Below, piece by piece: positions 1 to 8,531 of a stretch of DNA of 54,989 nt. Position numbers and translations under genes: made by a program. Source of the DNA: a virus; the IMG/VR virus record IMGVR_UViG_3300049989_000072, positions 1-54,989 of that record, one strand, 5' to 3'. The first letter of the stretch is position 1. Each line of letters opens with the position of its first letter. The notes below the pieces were generated by a model. The model was not told where the DNA came from. It worked only from the letters and a program-made list of their open reading frames with translations, and did no database searches.

Positions 1-127
1 AAGCACTACGGTGTCAAGGGGATGAAGTGGGGCGTTCGCAAGGATCGAGTCAAGAAGGCTCGCAAGCCCAAGCGCACTCCGTCCGAGCAGCACATCGAAT
101 CTCGGAAGATCAAGCGCAAGAAGCTTT
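1..127. repeat. terminal overlap; identical to nt 54863-54989 (circular closure)
   Basis: Both ends read AAGCACTACGGTGTCAAGGGGATGAAGTGG...ATCAAGCGCAAGAAGCTTT. The exact 127-nt identity is typical of an assembler k-mer overlap on a circular contig. Confidence 0.9.
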
Positions 128-345
128 CCGAGATGTCCAACGACGAGATCGCAACTCTCAATCGTCGTCTGCAGCTGGAGAGCCAGTACGCAAAGCTCAA
201 CCCCAACGCCTACCAGCGGGGTCGATCTGTCATCAACGAGTTTACCTCGGCGGTGAACACAGCAAACACGATTGCGTCGCTACCGACAAGCCCTCTGGGT
301 AAGGCGGTAATTGCCGGCGCCGGCGAGATCAAGGGCAAGTGGTAG
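1..345 (+). CDS. 3' part of the junction-spanning GNAT gene with two HYGVKGMKWGVRK motifs (5' part is 54200..54989)
   Basis: The frame of track ORF 22..345 is open back to nt 1. It is in phase with the open frame 54200..54989 once the 127-nt overlap is collapsed. It encodes KHYGVKGMKWGVRKDR plus a K/R-rich tail and ends at TAG 343-345. Confidence 0.6.
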   Translation, partial: KHYGVKGMKWGVRKDRVKKARKPKRTPSEQHIESRKIKRKKLSEMSNDEIATLNRRLQLESQYAKLNPNAYQRGRSVINEFTSAVNTANTIASLPTSPLGKAVIAGAGEIKGKW

Positions 346-352
346 CTTGCAG

Positions 353-363
353 TCAAAATGGAA
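353..363 (+). repeat. TCAAAATGGAA 11-mer, copy 1
   Basis: Exact 11-mer, 13 nt upstream of the TerL ATG. Confidence 0.9.
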
Positions 364-376
364 GGGAGGGTTAGCT

Positions 377-2131
377 ATGGCGCTGTCAAACACGGCAGTC
401 CCGAAGTACTACGGTCAGTTTCGGGACCAGGTGCTGCGTCATGAGATTCCGGTAAACCGGGAAGTCGGTCTCGAGATGAATCGAATCGACGAACTTATCG
501 CTAACCCTCTCTTCTACTACGACGATAAGGCAATCGACGGCTTTATCAACTTCTGTGAGGCAGAGCTTACTCTCACGGATGGTTCAGATCTTCAGCTTCT
601 CGATACATTCAAGCTGTGGTCCGAGCAGATCTTTGGTTGGTACTACTTCACAGAGCGTGAGGTGTGGCAGCCAGGAAAGAATGGACGCCCCGGTCGCTTT
701 GTGACCAAGGTCGTCAAGCAGAGGCTTGTCAAGAAGCAGTATCTTATCGTTGCACGTGGTGCCGCGAAGTCGATGTATGCTTCTTGCCTCCACAACTACT
801 TCCTCACGGTCGACACGGAGACCACTCACCAGATTGCGACGGCTCCGACGATGGCGCAGGCCGAAGAGGTCATGTCACCCATTCGTACTTCGATCACGAG
901 GGCTCGAGGACCTTACTTCCAGTTCCTGACGGACGGTTCTCTCCAGAACACCACCGGCAGTCGGTTCAATCGACAGAAGCTCTTCTCTTCCAAGAAGGGT
1001 GTCGAGAACAACTTGACCAACTCTCTACTTGAAGTTCGTCCAATGACGAAGGACAAGCTCCAGGGTCTTCGGTCAAAGATCAACACCATCGATGAGTGGC
1101 TCTCCGGAGACGTTCGCGAGGACGTGATCGGCGCTCTCGAGCAGGGCGCGTCGAAACTCGAAGACTATCTGATCGTTGCCATCTCTTCGGAGGGAACGGT
1201 CCGCAATGGTAGCGGCGATAGCATCAAAATGGAACTTCAAAAGATCCTCAATGGTGACTACTACGACCCGCACACCTCAATCTGGCACTACAAGCTCGAT
1301 GACATCAAGGAAGTCAACGACCCTTCGATGTGGCTGAAGGCTCAGCCAAACCTCAACCGTACCGTAACGTACGAAACCTACCATCGAGACGTTGAGAGAG
1401 CAGCTCAGGCTCCCGCAGCGCGAAACGACATCCTCGCCAAGCGCTTCGGAATTCCCATGGAGGGCTTCACCTACTTCTTCAGCTATGCTGAAACCGAAGT
1501 CTTTAGTGCACAGAGGCCTCGGGCGTACGATGGCATGGTCGGTGCGATGGGTGCGGACCTTTCGCAGGGTGATGACTTCTGTGCATTTACCTTCCTATTC
1601 CCTCTTCCCGACGGACGCTTTGGGGTCCAGGTCAGAAGCTACATCTCTCAGAAGACTCTTGACAATCTACCAGGCGCAACCCGTCTGAAGTACAATGAGT
1701 TCCTTGCAGAAGACACTCTTCATGTCCTCGAAGGCAGCGTCATTGATCTTGACGTGGTCTATGAGGACATCGACGCCTTTATCACGGACCACAAGTACGA
1801 CATTGCGGCGTTTGGGTATGACCCTTACAACGCAAACGAGTTCGTCAAGCGCTGGACGACTGAGAATGGACCTTTCGGGGTCGAGAAGGTCATTCAGGGC
1901 TCGAAGACCGAGTCCGTCCCCCTGGGGGAGCTCAAGAACTTCAGTCAGGACCGTCAGCTTGTCTTCACGGAGAAGCTGATGTCCTACGCGATGGGTAACG
2001 CCATCACGCTCGAGGACACCAACGGAAACCGCAAGCTGTCGAAGCTTCGCCACGAGAACAAGATCGATAATGTCTCCGCACTGATGGATGCTTACGTTGC
2101 GTGGAAGCGCAACCGCGAAGCGTTCGAGTAG
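377..2131 (+). CDS. terL: terminase large subunit
   Basis: ATG 377 is preceded by GGAGGG. There is a Walker-A-like 'IVARGAAKS' and C-terminal acidic nuclease-type motifs (GADLSQGDD, GYDPYNANEF, DNVSALMDA). Size (584 aa) and position upstream of the portal fit. Confidence 0.8.
   Translation: MALSNTAVPKYYGQFRDQVLRHEIPVNREVGLEMNRIDELIANPLFYYDDKAIDGFINFCEAELTLTDGSDLQLLDTFKLWSEQIFGWYYFTEREVWQPGKNGRPGRFVTKVVKQRLVKKQYLIVARGAAKSMYASCLHNYFLTVDTETTHQIATAPTMAQAEEVMSPIRTSITRARGPYFQFLTDGSLQNTTGSRFNRQKLFSSKKGVENNLTNSLLEVRPMTKDKLQGLRSKINTIDEWLSGDVREDVIGALEQGASKLEDYLIVAISSEGTVRNGSGDSIKMELQKILNGDYYDPHTSIWHYKLDDIKEVNDPSMWLKAQPNLNRTVTYETYHRDVERAAQAPAARNDILAKRFGIPMEGFTYFFSYAETEVFSAQRPRAYDGMVGAMGADLSQGDDFCAFTFLFPLPDGRFGVQVRSYISQKTLDNLPGATRLKYNEFLAEDTLHVLEGSVIDLDVVYEDIDAFITDHKYDIAAFGYDPYNANEFVKRWTTENGPFGVEKVIQGSKTESVPLGELKNFSQDRQLVFTEKLMSYAMGNAITLEDTNGNRKLSKLRHENKIDNVSALMDAYVAWKRNREAFE
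1224..1234 (+). repeat. TCAAAATGGAA 11-mer, copy 2
   Basis: Exact 11-mer inside terL; its ATG is in frame (..SIKMELQ..). Confidence 0.9.
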
Positions 2132-2136
2132 AGGAA

Positions 2137-2147
2137 TCAAAATGGAA
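2137..2147 (+). repeat. TCAAAATGGAA 11-mer, copy 3
   Basis: Exact 11-mer; its ATG (2142) is the start of motif protein 1. Confidence 0.9.
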
Positions 2148-2528
2148 TCAAATCTTGATGACTTCCTCATGCATTACGGTGTCAAGGGGATGAAGTGGGG
2201 CGTTCGCAACAAGAAGCCCTCTAAGCGGCTCGTTCGCAAGGCCAAGAAGATCCGGGAGCGCCGAGAAAAGCTTCGAGAAGATTCGATCAAGGAGCAGCAC
2301 GCCTATCAAAGGAAGCTGAATCAGCAGCAGGCACTTCGAATCGTCCTCGGGCTTGTTCAAAAGCGCTCTCGGATGAAGCTCAATGAGATCAATCTCGATT
2401 ATGCGCGAAAGCACAAGGTCAAGGAGATGATCGATGCAATGGGCGGCCTTCCCGTGGCCGACACTCCAACCGTACTCAACGCCACACCCACGAATGGTGT
2501 GTACGACATCACAAGCCTAGGGAGGTAA
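2142..2528 (+). CDS. HYGVKGMKWGVR-motif protein 1 (short, basic)
   Basis: N-terminus is MESNLDDFLMHYGVKGMKWGVRNKK, followed by a K/R-rich helical region. The ATG lies inside a TCAAAATGGAA 11-mer, with AGAGGA upstream. Confidence 0.7.
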   Translation: MESNLDDFLMHYGVKGMKWGVRNKKPSKRLVRKAKKIRERREKLREDSIKEQHAYQRKLNQQQALRIVLGLVQKRSRMKLNEINLDYARKHKVKEMIDAMGGLPVADTPTVLNATPTNGVYDITSLGR

Positions 2529-2535
2529 GCTCCGA

Positions 2536-3651
2536 ATGTCTCAAGAGCTTGACGACTTCCTTATGCACTACGGTGTCAAGGGAATGAAGTGGGGTGTCCG
2601 TAAGGACGATGGTCTGAATCGCAAGGAGCGACGAAAGGCAAAAGAAGAGGCTCGCAAGAAGCTCCCCAAAGAAGTCAAGAAGGGGGTCAGTAATGCCGAC
2701 CTCTTGTTCAAGACCGCGAAGGGTCGCCGGTACGCAGCTTCGTTGAAGCGTCAGATCGAAGCCGATGCCGCAGAGATCGCAAAGAACAACACGAAATTTC
2801 TGGCTAAGGGCGGATTCACCGACGCCGATGTCACTCCGGAGCAGAAGCGTAAGAAGCTTACTCCGCAAGAAATTGCGTGGCTTGCGGTTGCCGGTACCAG
2901 TCTTGCTGTGGTTGCGGCGGCATACGCCTATGATCCCATCAAGAATGCGGTACAAAAGCGAATCGTCGCCAATGTCAAGCCGGGCGACAAAGTTTCTTCC
3001 GGAAACTACACAGAGCTGGTCCATGGCAGCAAGTCGAGGACTTGGCGAGGTAAGAAGGCTGGTGGATATTTCCAGCCAGAAGCTCTGGAGCGCAAGGAAT
3101 TTGAGATTCCCGCGGGAACCACATTCCATCGAATTTCTCGAAAGCCGGAAACCACCTTTCGGTCGGAGACCGGTACCTACGCAACCCACTCGACCGAAGA
3201 CTTCAATCGCTATGTGAACTCTTTTCGTAAAGAGCTTGGTTCCGTCGAGCTGCATCATGTACAGTTCAAGGCGAAGCAGCCCGTTCGTGTTTCGGACTAC
3301 AAGACAAACTCCAGAGCTATGGCTATGGCCATGGAAGGTCGCGTTTCGTCTCAGAGTCCCGTAACGCTGGAAGAAGGCGCAAAGAGATTCCGAGCCGAAG
3401 CCGGTGGGTCGTGGCATCGAGTGGGTTTTAGCGACCCCAGCAAGCCCACCACTGTCCAGAGTTTCTTTGAAATTCTTGAGCACAAGGGTTATGGCGCACT
3501 TGTCGACGAAATGGACGCGGGGGTCATTGGTGAAACCCCTCTGATGGTCTTTGCAAATCGGCTTTTTGACACAAAGTCTTCTTCGGAACTCACCCCCGAG
3601 ATGATTGCTGCTGCTCAGCGAGCGCTCATCGAGATCAACAATAGAAAGTAA
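2536..3651 (+). CDS. HYGVKGMKWGVR-motif protein 2 (basic region, hydrophobic helix, unknown C-terminal domain)
   Basis: N-terminus is MSQELDDFLMHYGVKGMKWGVRKDD, with a hydrophobic helix IAWLAVAGTSLAVVAAAYAY. I cannot place the ~230-aa C-terminal domain. Confidence 0.7.
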   Translation: MSQELDDFLMHYGVKGMKWGVRKDDGLNRKERRKAKEEARKKLPKEVKKGVSNADLLFKTAKGRRYAASLKRQIEADAAEIAKNNTKFLAKGGFTDADVTPEQKRKKLTPQEIAWLAVAGTSLAVVAAAYAYDPIKNAVQKRIVANVKPGDKVSSGNYTELVHGSKSRTWRGKKAGGYFQPEALERKEFEIPAGTTFHRISRKPETTFRSETGTYATHSTEDFNRYVNSFRKELGSVELHHVQFKAKQPVRVSDYKTNSRAMAMAMEGRVSSQSPVTLEEGAKRFRAEAGGSWHRVGFSDPSKPTTVQSFFEILEHKGYGALVDEMDAGVIGETPLMVFANRLFDTKSSSELTPEMIAAAQRALIEINNRK

Positions 3652-3662
3652 GGAGGGGTCAC

Positions 3663-4823
3663 ATGGAAGAACCTCTTGACGACTTCCTTGCTCACTATGG
3701 AGTCAAGGGGATGAAGTGGGGTGTCCGTAAGGACGACGATACCCCCAAGGAGCCTCGAAAGACCCGCGCCGAGAAGAAGATCGAACGCGCAAAGGCCCAA
3801 AGAGAGCGTCGCGAGCGACGTGTGGGCAAGATCCAAGGTCGAGTCAACATCATGGAGACCCGTGTCTCCGAGCTCAACAAGATCGCGGAGACGACAAAGA
3901 ACCCCTTCCGTCGAGCCATGGCCGTAGGTGATGTCAAAGATCTCAAGAAGGATATTCGGAAGTCCCAGAAGGACATCAAGGCAATTCGTGCTGGAAAGTT
4001 CACGGACACCGAGAAAGCGCTCCTTATTGGTGGCGCCACGCTGGCCACTGCAGCTCTCGCATACGGTACTTACAAGGGTATTGAGACTGGCGACTTCCGA
4101 CGTCTTGCCGCAAAGGGTAAGGCCGCTCTCCAGCTTCGAGACCACGTGGACTTCAAAGAGAACAAGGAATTCGCCAACAAGAACTACACGGAGAATGATA
4201 TTTTCCATCGAGTAGTTACCGGAATCAATCCGGGTTGGGGCGATGAGCCTGGAACCTCGATGAACTGTCGTCGGGCTACGCTTGCGTACGAGATGCGTCG
4301 CCGAGGCTACAACGTCAAGGCAACAAAGACGCTTACCGGCGCCGGTCAGACCCCTTTGGGCATGGGAAACGTTCTCGCGAGAGGGGAAAACGCTCCCGAG
4401 CGCGGCGTTCTTTCGTTTGTCTCTAAGACGTTTAGCGAAACCATGGAAAAGTCGAAAAACCCGCAAGCAAAGACGCCGAACCTTGATCTCTCAAACCGAA
4501 TCAAGGCAAGTGGGTCTTGGGGCGCACAGCGAGTTTGGCGCGCGGACGACAATAGTCCCGGAATCCTCGATGCTCTCAGCAAACTTCCTAACGGTGCTCG
4601 AGGTGAGCTCGGTATGAAGTGGAAGATGGGTGGCGGACACAGCATGGCGTGGGAGATCATCAACGGAAAGCCTGTCATCTTTGACACGCAGGTTCTTCAG
4701 CGATACAATACGCCCGAGAAGTTTGAGGAACTCCAGAACATGCTTGAGGAGGCCGCTATTACGCGTCTCGACAACGTCCAACTCAACGAGGACTTCCTCC
4801 TAAGGTGGCTGCAGAATGCTTGA
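3663..4823 (+). CDS. HYGVKGMKWGVR-motif protein 3 with a C-terminal papain-fold toxin-like (Tox-PL1-like) domain
   Basis: N-terminus is MEEPLDDFLAHYGVKGMKWGVRKDD, with helix ALLIGGATLATAALAYGTY. The C-terminus has 'SMNCRRATLAYEMRRRGY' ... 'GGGHSMAWEIINGKPVIFDTQ', a Cys/His/Asp pattern of papain-fold polymorphic-toxin domains. Confidence 0.65.
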   Translation: MEEPLDDFLAHYGVKGMKWGVRKDDDTPKEPRKTRAEKKIERAKAQRERRERRVGKIQGRVNIMETRVSELNKIAETTKNPFRRAMAVGDVKDLKKDIRKSQKDIKAIRAGKFTDTEKALLIGGATLATAALAYGTYKGIETGDFRRLAAKGKAALQLRDHVDFKENKEFANKNYTENDIFHRVVTGINPGWGDEPGTSMNCRRATLAYEMRRRGYNVKATKTLTGAGQTPLGMGNVLARGENAPERGVLSFVSKTFSETMEKSKNPQAKTPNLDLSNRIKASGSWGAQRVWRADDNSPGILDALSKLPNGARGELGMKWKMGGGHSMAWEIINGKPVIFDTQVLQRYNTPEKFEELQNMLEEAAITRLDNVQLNEDFLLRWLQNA

Positions 4824-5055
4824 TCGTCAAGAAGCGACGCTTGTCGTTCAGAAGAACCTTCCCGAGGGTGACATCCAGAATCTCATCGAGTACCAAGATC
4901 TTTACGTCTTCCAGGTCTTTTCCCCAGACCCCGACGAAGGTCAGTACGACCCGTTCTTCTCCGTTCACATGGAGACCGGCGAGTTTCGAGATTTCTCTAT
5001 CCTCAAGGATGGGAATACAGCCCAGATCATCGCTCTCTTCCTCGAGGAAGACTAG
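4816..5055 (+). CDS. small acidic protein; candidate immunity partner of the preceding toxin-like domain
   Basis: The 79-aa ORF overlaps the upstream stop (ATGCTTGA). The function rests only on the toxin-then-small-ORF arrangement. Confidence 0.4.
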   Translation: MLDRQEATLVVQKNLPEGDIQNLIEYQDLYVFQVFSPDPDEGQYDPFFSVHMETGEFRDFSILKDGNTAQIIALFLEED

Positions 5056-5084
5056 TGCCATCGACACCATCTAGGAGGTGACAT

Positions 5085-6344
5085 GTGAGTTTCCGAGATC
5101 GCTTGGCTCATGCAGCCAACGCGTTCGTCCGTAATGACCGAGAGCTTGCTCGGCCGCCGGTAGACTATGGTCCGAGCTACTTTGCTCGCCCAGATCGTCG
5201 TCGAGCAGTATCTCCGACCGATCGCTCGATCGTTTCGTCGATCTACACGCGAATCGGCATCGATGTCACCGCCGTCGACATGCGACACGTTGTGCTCGAT
5301 CAAAATGGAAGATTCTTGAAGTTGAAGGAGAAGAGCGGACTCAACGTTTGTCTCTCTCTGGAAGCCAACATCGACCAGGCAGCTCGACACTTCATGCTGG
5401 ATGCCGTTCTCACGCTCTTTGATGAGGGTGTGGTGGCTCTCGTACCCATCGACACGTCTGTGGATACCACGGACACGGGCGCTTTCGACATCCACTCCAT
5501 GCGAGTCGGGAAGATCACGGGATGGTACCCGGAGCACGTTCGAGTCGACGTCTACAACGAGAAGACAGCTCAGCACGAAGAGCTCATTCTCCTGAAGCGA
5601 AGCGTCGCGATCGTCCAGAACCCCCTCTGGAACGTGATGAACGAGCCAAACTCGACTCTGCAGCGTCTGATTCGGAAGCTTGCTCTCATTGACTCCGTCG
5701 ACGAGCAGACGAGCTCGGGTAAGCTGGACATCATCATCCAGCTGCCCTACACCGTGAAGACGCAGACGAAGCGAGACCAGGCGGAGACCCGCCGAACCGA
5801 ACTTGAGCGCCAGATGAAGGACTCGAAGTACGGTATCGGCTACATCGACGGCACCGAGCGAATCACGCAGCTCAACCGTCCGGCGGAGAACAACATGCTT
5901 CGGCAGGTCGAGTACCTGACCAACATGCTGTACTCGCAGCTTGGTATCACCGAGGCCGTGTTCAACGGTACGGCTGACGAATCCGAGATGCTCAACTACT
6001 ACAACCGGACGATCGAGCCCCTCCTGACTGCTTTCCAGCAGGCAATGGAGCGCTCGTTCCTGACGAAGACGGCAAGGACGCAGCGGCAGGCTATTCGCTT
6101 CTATCGCGACCCGTTCAAGCTGGTTTCGATGGAGAAGATCGCCGAGATCGCGGACAAGTTCACGCGCAACGAGATCGCATCCTCCAACGAGATGCGTGGC
6201 GCAATCGGTATGGCTCCTTCCACGGATCCCAAGGCCGACGAACTCCGCAATGCGAACATGCCCCAGCCCAAGGACGAGGAAAAGCCGTCCGTGAAGCCAA
6301 CAGAGGAAGGAAGCCTTCAAAATGGAAGACGGCCGGAAGCCTGA
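5085..6344 (+). CDS. portal protein (putative)
   Basis: GTG start lies 8 nt after AGGAGG. The 419-aa ORF sits between the terminase block and the protease-capsid gene. The call rests on position, size and general portal-like composition. Confidence 0.6.
   Translation: MSFRDRLAHAANAFVRNDRELARPPVDYGPSYFARPDRRRAVSPTDRSIVSSIYTRIGIDVTAVDMRHVVLDQNGRFLKLKEKSGLNVCLSLEANIDQAARHFMLDAVLTLFDEGVVALVPIDTSVDTTDTGAFDIHSMRVGKITGWYPEHVRVDVYNEKTAQHEELILLKRSVAIVQNPLWNVMNEPNSTLQRLIRKLALIDSVDEQTSSGKLDIIIQLPYTVKTQTKRDQAETRRTELERQMKDSKYGIGYIDGTERITQLNRPAENNMLRQVEYLTNMLYSQLGITEAVFNGTADESEMLNYYNRTIEPLLTAFQQAMERSFLTKTARTQRQAIRFYRDPFKLVSMEKIAEIADKFTRNEIASSNEMRGAIGMAPSTDPKADELRNANMPQPKDEEKPSVKPTEEGSLQNGRRPEA
5300..5310 (+). 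repeat. TCAAAATGGAA 11-mer, copy 4
   Basis: Exact 11-mer inside the portal gene; the ATG is out of frame. Confidence 0.9.
6317..6327 (+). repeat. TCAAAATGGAA 11-mer, copy 5
   Basis: Exact 11-mer; its ATG (6322) is the start of the protease-capsid fusion. Confidence 0.9.
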
Positions 6345-8505
6345 TTTCTCAGGCTACGCCACTAAGGCGGGACTTCTGTGCACGGATGGTCGTACCATCA
6401 CGCCAGAGGCCTTTGCCCACCAGGATGGACTCACTGTCCCTCTCGCCTGGTCACACAAGCAGGGTGCGCCTGCCAACATCCTCGGTCACGGCGTGCTTTC
6501 TGCGCGTCCCGACGGTATGTGGGTAGACGCCTACTTCAACGAGACTACCATGGCTAAGGATGCCAAGGAGCTCGTGCGCCACGGGGACATTCGGTCCCTC
6601 TCCATCCTCGCAAATCAGCTCGAGCACCGTGGTTCCCACGTGGTGAAGGGTCAGATCAACGAGGTGAGCCTGGTTGTCCAGGGGGCGAACCCGGGTGCGT
6701 TCATCGAGGAAGTCTCGCTGGCGCATTCGATCAACGGTGTCGACGTCGTCGATGCCATCATCTACGCGGACCAGCCGCTGGAGCTCTCCGACGAGCTGAG
6801 GCATTCTGCCTCGGACGACGAGGATGAGTTCGAGGGTGAGGATGTTCTGGAGCACTCCAATCAGGAGATCTTCGACAGCCTCACCGACGAGCAGCGGGAG
6901 TTCGTTGGGACTCTTCTCGGGGATGCGCTCAAGCATTCCGCGTCCAATGAGGACGAGGACGAGGACAACGATTCGGAGGAGACCGACATGGCCGACGAGG
7001 TCAAGCACGAGGTTGCCATCGACGAGAGCAAGACCGTTCAGGAGATCCTGGACAGCTTCTCGCCGGAGCAGCTCCGCGTCGTGGAGGGTCTGATCGGTCA
7101 GGGCATCGAGAACGCACTTGCTGCGATCGACGATGATGACGCCGATGACGACAAGAACGACGACACCAAGGACGACAGCGCGGAGCACTCCGCAGCTGAC
7201 GAAGACAACCAGCTCGCACACGCCCACCAGGAGGGTAACACCATGACCATGAAGAACGCTTTCGACGAGGCGAAGAAGGAGCAGCACGGCTCCACGCTGT
7301 CGCACAACCAGCTCGACGTCGACCAGCTCGAGGCGATCCTCGGCCAGGCCAAGTCGTCGTCGAACGGTTCGACGCTGCACGAGTCCTTCCTCGCGCACGC
7401 CGGCACGTACGGCATCGACAACATCGATCTGCTCTTCCCCGACTTCAAGACCCTTCAGTCGACGCCCGAGTTCCTCTCGCGTCGCATGGAGTGGGTCAGC
7501 CACGTCTGGGGCTCGATCAAGCGCGCACCCTTCACGCGCATCAAGTCGGTCTTCGCCGACATCACCACCGAGGAGGCTCGTGCGCGAGGCTACGTCACCG
7601 GTGACCTGAAGAAGGACGAGGTGTTCAAGCTCCTCGACCGCAAGACCACGCCGCAGACCATCTACAAGAAGCAGAAGCTCGACCGCGATGACATCCTCGA
7701 CATCACGGACATCGACATCATCGTCTGGCTCAAGGCCGAGATGCGCATCATGCTCGACGAGGAGATCGCCGGCGCGATCCTGATCGGTGACGGCCGCGAG
7801 GTCGACTCGCCCGACAAGATCAAGGAGGACCACCTCCGTCCGATCGCCTCCGACCACGAGATGTACGCTCACCCGGTGAACGTCGCCTCGAACACGGAGC
7901 CGCGTCAGCTCGTCAAGACGATCCTGCGTTCGCGCAAGCACTACAAGGGCTCCGGCACGCCGACGCTCTACACGACGGACGACACCCTCACGGACCTCAT
8001 CCTCATCGAGGACCGCATGGGCCGTCGCCTCTACGAGACGGAGCAGTCCCTCGCGGCAGCTCTTCGCGTGAAGGACATCGTCGTCGTCGAGGTCTTCGAC
8101 CGCGCACCCGACGTCATGGCCATCATCGTGAACCTGCTCGACTACACCGTCGGTGCAGACCGCGGTGGCGCCGTCACGTTCTTCGAGGACTTCGACATCG
8201 ACTTCAACCAGCAGAAGTACCTGCTGGAGACGCGCATCTCGGGTGCGCTCACGAAGGCGAAGTCGGCTCTCGTGTTCCGCCGCACCGCCGGCACCGTCGT
8301 CACGGCTGAGGAGCCCACGTTCGACAACACGGACAACACGCTGACCATCCCGACGGTCACGGGCGTCCAGTACCGCATCGACGACCAGAACGCAGCTGCC
8401 GGCGACCGTGTGATCACCGAGGGCGTCGACGTCACGGCACACGCCAAGGCCGGCTACCAGCTCGCCGACGGCTCGACCAAGTCCTGGTCGTACGAGCCCG
8501 TCTGA
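6322..8505 (+). CDS. prohead protease - acidic scaffold - major capsid protein fusion
   Basis: The N-terminus is HK97-type S78 protease-like (PLAWSHKQG..ILGHG.., SLSILANQ, INEVSLVVQGANPGAFIEE). A D/E-rich linker with a duplicated EI(F/L)DS..EQ segment follows, then a ~420-aa capsid-like C-terminal part. Confidence 0.75.
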   Translation: MEDGRKPDFSGYATKAGLLCTDGRTITPEAFAHQDGLTVPLAWSHKQGAPANILGHGVLSARPDGMWVDAYFNETTMAKDAKELVRHGDIRSLSILANQLEHRGSHVVKGQINEVSLVVQGANPGAFIEEVSLAHSINGVDVVDAIIYADQPLELSDELRHSASDDEDEFEGEDVLEHSNQEIFDSLTDEQREFVGTLLGDALKHSASNEDEDEDNDSEETDMADEVKHEVAIDESKTVQEILDSFSPEQLRVVEGLIGQGIENALAAIDDDDADDDKNDDTKDDSAEHSAADEDNQLAHAHQEGNTMTMKNAFDEAKKEQHGSTLSHNQLDVDQLEAILGQAKSSSNGSTLHESFLAHAGTYGIDNIDLLFPDFKTLQSTPEFLSRRMEWVSHVWGSIKRAPFTRIKSVFADITTEEARARGYVTGDLKKDEVFKLLDRKTTPQTIYKKQKLDRDDILDITDIDIIVWLKAEMRIMLDEEIAGAILIGDGREVDSPDKIKEDHLRPIASDHEMYAHPVNVASNTEPRQLVKTILRSRKHYKGSGTPTLYTTDDTLTDLILIEDRMGRRLYETEQSLAAALRVKDIVVVEVFDRAPDVMAIIVNLLDYTVGADRGGAVTFFEDFDIDFNQQKYLLETRISGALTKAKSALVFRRTAGTVVTAEEPTFDNTDNTLTIPTVTGVQYRIDDQNAAAGDRVITEGVDVTAHAKAGYQLADGSTKSWSYEPV

Positions 8506-8531
8506 TCGGCTGACCTAAGGGGTGAAACGAA

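Noticed and set aside
1-127. The terminal repeat as a biological direct terminal repeat.
   Set aside because: The exact 127-nt length matches a common assembler k-mer. The repeat interrupts an open reading frame that is continuous across the junction. It is more likely a circular-contig artefact.
311-376. The track start (nt 311) for the terminase ORF.
   Set aside because: Nt 311-345 still belong to the preceding gene, which stops at 345. ATG 377 has a GGAGGG SD at proper spacing.
2975-3651. A possible ADP-ribosyltransferase (R-S-E) reading of the C-terminal domain of motif protein 2 (FHRIS / ATHST / DEMD or GET).
   Set aside because: The third motif is not a convincing (Q/E)xE, and the spacing cannot be judged by eye. 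I left the domain unassigned.
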